In this document: positions 61,601-64,000 of the stretch, one piece after another
Numbering within the stretch: the stretch's first letter is position 1
Layout of the letters: each line of letters opens with the position of its first letter
Origin: the human T2T-CHM13v2.0 reference genome, Homo sapiens
Assembly: GCF_009914755.1 (NCBI RefSeq)
Contig: NC_060926.1
DNA length: 64,000 nt
Reading direction: 5' to 3' (one strand)
Position numbers and translations under genes: made by a program
The notes under the pieces: model-generated
The model's database searches: none
Seen by the model: the letters and a program-made list of their open reading frames with translations, nothing else
Told to the model about the DNA's origin: nothing

Positions 61601-62045
61601 AATGATGGGTTGATGGGTGCAGCAAACCACCATGGCACATGTATACCTATGTAACAAACCTGCATGTTGTGCACATGTACCCTAGAACTTAGGGTATAAT
61701 AATAATAAAGATGTTTAATTGGCTCATGGTTCTTCAGGCTGTGCAGGAAGCATGGTGCTGGTATCTGCTTCTGGTGAGGCATAGGAAGCTTACAATCATG
61801 GCAGAATATGATAGAGCACCAGTATGTCACATGAGATGAGCAGCAAGAGAGAGGGAGGAGGTGTCACACATTTTTAAACAACCAGATCTCATGAGAACAC
61901 ACTCGCTATCTTGAAGACAGAACCAAGATGTTCATGAGGGATCCACTCCATTACCCAAACACCTCCCACCAGGCTCCACTCTCAACATTGAGGATTACAT
62001 TTCAACATGAGATTTGGAGCTGACAAATACACCCAAACTGTAACA
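58614..62045 (-). mobile_element. Two-LTR MST (MaLR) provirus: LTR 58614-58987, internal 58988-60590, LTR 60591-62045 (L1-interrupted)
   Basis: Matching LTRs; internal starts gaaaattggtactgag on the minus strand; TSD atcac/accac. Confidence 0.92.
60665..61706 (+). mobile_element. 5'-truncated L1PA (about L1PA6-7): ORF2 C-terminus and 3' UTR
   Basis: ORF fragments [38 protein letters not shown]; 17-bp TSD aaagatgtttaattggc. Confidence 0.96.
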
Positions 62046-62654
62046 ACCACAGAGGACTCTAAAGAACAACAGTATTTATCAAAGAAGTGGTTGACTTAAT
62101 CATCTTCTTCCTGCCCCTGCCTCTGAGTGGTAAGAAACAGCAGAATAATTGAGGATGATGTGGGGCAATGTGGGGAAAAGGAAGAAACTCAGTGTTTGAA
62201 AGTGGCCTGGGGAGCTGTAGGATTTCCCAGGGTACTGTATAAGAGCATAGAAGGGACAGCCAGAAAAGAGTGTTAGAAATCAATGGTAGGAAAATAAAGT
62301 CTTTTCTTGATTTTATCATATTGAATTGAGCCCACTCAAAGAAGTGTTGTATACCTTTAATTAAATTGTGAGTAGTTTTGGAATGACTTAAGCATCATAG
62401 ATGAAATTCATCCCAGGTGAATGGCAGGGAAAGCCTCAGGGAGGGGCTGCATCTTTACCTAGCTCCTTAAGTGATGACTGAGAGGAGCAAGAAAAGCATT
62501 TTATTAATACTTTTTCCATATAAACATTTTTCCTACTTTTACACAAATAGCATATTGGATACACTGTTCTAGGTTTGCCTTTTTTTTTTTTTTTGCACAT
62601 AACAATGTATGTCAAAGTTTATTTCTTATCAGTATTTTAAAAAACTTTACCATT

Positions 62655-63275
<621 letters not shown>

Positions 63276-63696
63276 TGCTGCTATTCCTTTTTATGCTTAC
63301 ATCTTATTCTGTGGTAGGACTATATTAAAATTTATTTAACCAATAAACTTTGAGTGTTTAGGTTATTTCTTTTTTTTTTTTTCTGTCACTAACAGTGCTG
63401 CAAAGGATAACCTGTGCACGTGTATCAGTATAGAATAAATTATTTGACATGGAGTTGCTGCATTTTAAAAACAGATATTGCCAGATTACCCCATATGAAG
63501 AATGCATTGGATTTCCGCTTGTACCAGCAATGTGTGAGAGTCACTGTTCCCCTTTCCCTTAAAAGCATGGAGTGTTATCAAACATTTTAATCTTTATCAA
63601 TCCGATAGTTGCAAAATAGTATACCAGTACAGTTATCTTTAATTATAACTAAGATATATTGGTATTTCCTTTGCTGAGTATTGTCTATTCATATTC

Positions 63697-63988
63697 ATTT
63701 TTTTTTTTTTGAGATAGTCTCATTCCATCACCCAGGCTGGAATGCAGTGGCATGATCTTGGCTCATTGCAATCCCCGCCTGCCGGGTTCAAGTGATTCTT
63801 GTCCCTCAGTCTCCTGAGCAGCTGAAATTACAGGCGTACGTCACCACACCCAGCTAATCTTTGTATTTTTAATAGAGATGAGGTTTTGCCATGTTGACCA
63901 GGCTGGTTTCAAAGTTGATCTCAAGTAATCCACCTGCCTCAGCCTCCTGAAGTGCTGGGATTACAGGCGTGAGCAACCATGCCTGGCC
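63697..63988 (-). mobile_element. Alu
   Basis: Full antisense dimer. Confidence 0.93.
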
Positions 63989-64000
63989 TATCTGTTCATA

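Noticed and set aside
60783-61830. ORFs resembling LINE-1 ORF2p C-terminus
   Set aside because: Frameshifted, 5'-truncated L1PA; not a functional CDS

Overview
Primate (human-like) AT-rich intronic or intergenic nuclear DNA dominated by interspersed repeats. It holds about 30 Alus, many L1 and L2 fragments, MaLR LTRs (THE1/MST/MLT1, including a two-LTR MST provirus at 58614-62045), a MER11 solo LTR, MLT2, MER21 and hAT/Tigger DNA transposon fossils. I see no CpG island, no recognisable protein-coding exon, no RNA gene and no CRISPR array. The listed ORFs are almost all repeat-derived or low-complexity. The most interesting signals are fossil repair or template-switch events readable directly from the sequence. 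(1) A 174-bp composite templated insertion at 5417-5590, stitched from two upstream donors (3449-3568 and 1342-1385) with fold-back and re-priming junctions, inside a polypyrimidine tract. (2) A ~40-bp mitochondrial 16S rRNA micro-NUMT inside a THE1/MST LTR at 36909-36948. (3) An Alu with an internal 42-bp fold-back hairpin at 29892-29986. (4) A cluster of AT-rich palindromes and tandem units at 47305-47570. Repeat subfamily calls come from recalled consensus sequences and their boundaries are approximate. I could not identify the host locus.
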